Below, piece by piece: positions 44,164 through 46,874 of a stretch of 46,874 nt of DNA; positions within the stretch are counted from its first letter, which is position 1; each line of letters opens with the position of its first letter. The DNA is from Octopus bimaculoides (taxonomy: Eukaryota): positions 85,864,996 to 85,911,869 of the forward strand of contig NC_068982.1 in the NCBI RefSeq assembly GCF_001194135.2. The letters are read 5' to 3'. Under the pieces are notes generated by a model. It made no database searches and had not been told where the DNA came from. It saw only the letters and a list, made by a program, of their open reading frames with translations. A program made the position numbers and the translations under genes.

Positions 44164-46820
44164 AAAAGAAAAAAAAATCTAGTTTCAATAAATATTATCA
44201 AGGTACATTCACTTTACATATCAAGTGAACATTGCTTAAAACGTTACTCTATTCCTACTTATGAACAATACACCACTAAGTCTCAATAAATACATTCTTT
44301 CATGGCAATCATATATCTATAACCTAAGAACTCTTTTAAAGGCTACAAAATGTTTAACAAAGCACAAACTTGTGCAACTGCCAAAAGCACATATGAACAT
44401 TCTGTAAAGCATTAAAAATGGCAATCTGCCTTTAAACAGTCCTTCTCTTATAAACACACACAGCCATTAACCTGAAGGCATGCTGTATCACCCTTCTGTT
44501 GTTGTTGTTGTTGTTGTTGTTGTTGCCACTGCTGCTGTCACTGCCACCACAGGGTCTTCTGAATCTCTGAATTGTGTACCACTTAATAGAGTAACTAGCT
44601 ATCTGTTGTCAACTTTACTGTATCTCACTCCCCAAACCTCCACAAACCAAACACTTTATACACTTTTTCTTGAGAACTGAAACCCATTTGAATTCATTTT
44701 TTACCCATGTCATTCTCCCAAAACAAACAACCTGCAAAACAACTTCATCAACAACACCAGTCTAGTAGGATATGCAATGTACTTTCCTTTTATCTCAAAG
44801 ATTAGCAAGACATAATGTTCAGAAATAACACCAAACAAAAATGGATTTACATATAGCGCCGATCTGTCCTAGAGCAATGTTATAATGCATAAGAAAATTG
44901 GAAGCCTACATTAAAAATTGAAGGTTTTCAGTTCAATCTTAGATTCAGGAAGTGTGTGTACATAGATACATACATATGCATCTAAATAGGGTAATTGAAA
45001 ATAATAAAAAAATAATCTTCTTCAAAAACAGTATAATAGTAAAATTGTATAATAATTAATACTATTTAAACTGCATGAAAAAATTTAAGAAAACCTATTC
45101 TGCTTATACAAACTAAGGCTATTACCATTACATATTTACATGCAAGTGAAATGGCAATTGTTAGTAGATTTATTATAAAATTTATAAGAATTTAAATCCT
45201 ATTCATTTTGAAAGCTTGAAACAATTTGTTCTATAGCCATTTTAAAATTATTCCCTTCTATTAAAAGTAGTTATATCAAAACTATAACATATTTCAAAAA
45301 GCAAGTTCTTACCATGTTTTTAATACAATTTAAGTTATAAGGAAATTTAAAAAAAACATTGCAATTTTAAAAACTAAAGCTATTTCATTTATTAAAACAA
45401 AAATCAAAATTAGAAAATTGGAAAATATACTTTATTATTTCTCCAATCAGATCAAAATAAAACATTTGTTTAAAAAATAGAATGCAACACCAATATTTTA
45501 TACACTAAAAGTAATGTGTAAATATAGCAGTAAAAGCCATTTATAACAGTTCATAGAAAAACAATTCTTAGAAATTAACTCTGCACTAAATTGATAAAGA
45601 ATTAAAAAATCACTTTATAAATCTGATCAGCAGACACCCTCATAAAGAAGCACATTAAATCAAATAAAAGTTAGTGAAAACAAGGAGGTGATAGATTCTA
45701 TTGCAATGACAGAAAAACAAATCAAAAAATATTTATTTTGGATAAATAAATTTTTACTTAGCTATGTGTTATAAACATAGCTAAATAGAAATTCTTAGAG
45801 GTGTATAATTGCAATGATATTATCAAACTTCTCTAGCTCTTTTCATTAATTCACTTTTATTATTAGTTGTTGTTTAACCCAAGATTATATCCCCAATCTA
45901 GTTGATTAATGATCAAATGCCTGTTCCTTCACTGATCATCCAATCTTTTCACTAGACATGGTATATCAAATCTGGAACCATGTTGTTGTGGATCTTTCTT
46001 TTTAAGTCATTATGGCATGATTTGAGGAAGATTTGGCTGCTATTTCTAGCAAGTTCAGCAAACACAGAAGTTGTCTGATTATCTCATACAGTTCATTGCT
46101 ATAAGCTATAGAAGACACTATAGAGGTATTTGTTAAACTTGCAATGATGGACTTACGTCCTCTTATAAGCTGCTGAGGAAAAGAAGGGGCCACCATCAAA
46201 TCAATGAGGTGTCTTCCATAGCAAAGATAGGTCAGCATGAAATTATAAAATTCATACATTGCTCCAAAACATCAAATTAAATTGGGGATTGAAATGAGCT
46301 AATGAGCTTCAACATTCAACTTTATACATACATACATACATTCATTGTATATTTTATTAACATCAAGCAGCATATTATTAAGTTAATGTGTTTTCATAAT
46401 TTTGTGAACTAACAAATTAACATCCAAATGAATTCACTAAGTAAACATTAGATACTTAATCCCCAGTATTAAGGTAGTTAAATGTCTTCTAGATTTAAGA
46501 CAAGCCTAAAATTTTCTTAAACTGCTGATGTGTACTTAATTCTATAAGGAAATGTTCATCTATATGTTATTCAGATTAATTAGTTATTTTAAGAGAAACT
46601 TATTTCAAACAAATTGAAAAATCAAAGCACTTTTGGGACCCTTTCAGAAAAGTTTGTGAGTAAATAATCTAGTTGAATAATGAAGGGAATAAAATGAACA
46701 CCCCAAAAATAAGGATAAAAAATGCAGAAAAACTACAGATGCAGAAAGATCATGCCTATGACAGGCTCCATTTATCAAAGGAGGATTATACTAATAAACT
46801 AACAAAATTATACAGAAAAG

Positions 46821-46821
46821 T

Positions 46822-46874
<53 letters not shown>
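46821..46874. repeat. (TC)n(TA)n microsatellite
   Basis: Directly visible at the window end. Confidence 0.95.

Noticed and set aside
46002-46259. 85-aa minus-strand ORF and a GTAAGT donor at 46151-56
   Set aside because: Part of the ORF (~46020-46065) resembles a motif also seen at ~42625-42670 and so looks repeat-derived. The 13/16-nt exon implied by the donor has a stop in the phase needed to join the preferred frame of 42280. It cannot be fully excluded.

Overview
AT-rich eukaryotic genomic DNA from a gapped draft assembly. The SINE/RTE repeat families and microsatellite load look like an octopus (coleoid cephalopod) genome; this is inferred from repeat recognition, not from a search. Much of the window is decayed transposable elements: Tc1/mariner lineages (maT DD37D, two mariner lineages, rosa-type, Tc1 HTH), two Tigger/pogo elements, hAT MITEs, a Gypsy LTR element nested in a Tigger transposase, a Penelope-like element, R4/Dong LINEs in (TAA)n, RTE and CR1-type LINEs, and tRNA-derived SINEs. 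Between them are short, TE-free, exon-like segments on the minus strand (about 42.3 kb down to 6.6 kb) with good splice sites and mostly compatible phase. They suggest the 3' half of an unidentified host gene with two alternative terminal exons, each encoding a C-terminal transmembrane segment, plus candidate microexons. I could not identify the protein, and the splicing model is inference. No rRNA, true tRNA or CRISPR array was seen, and no novel system is established by the sequence alone.
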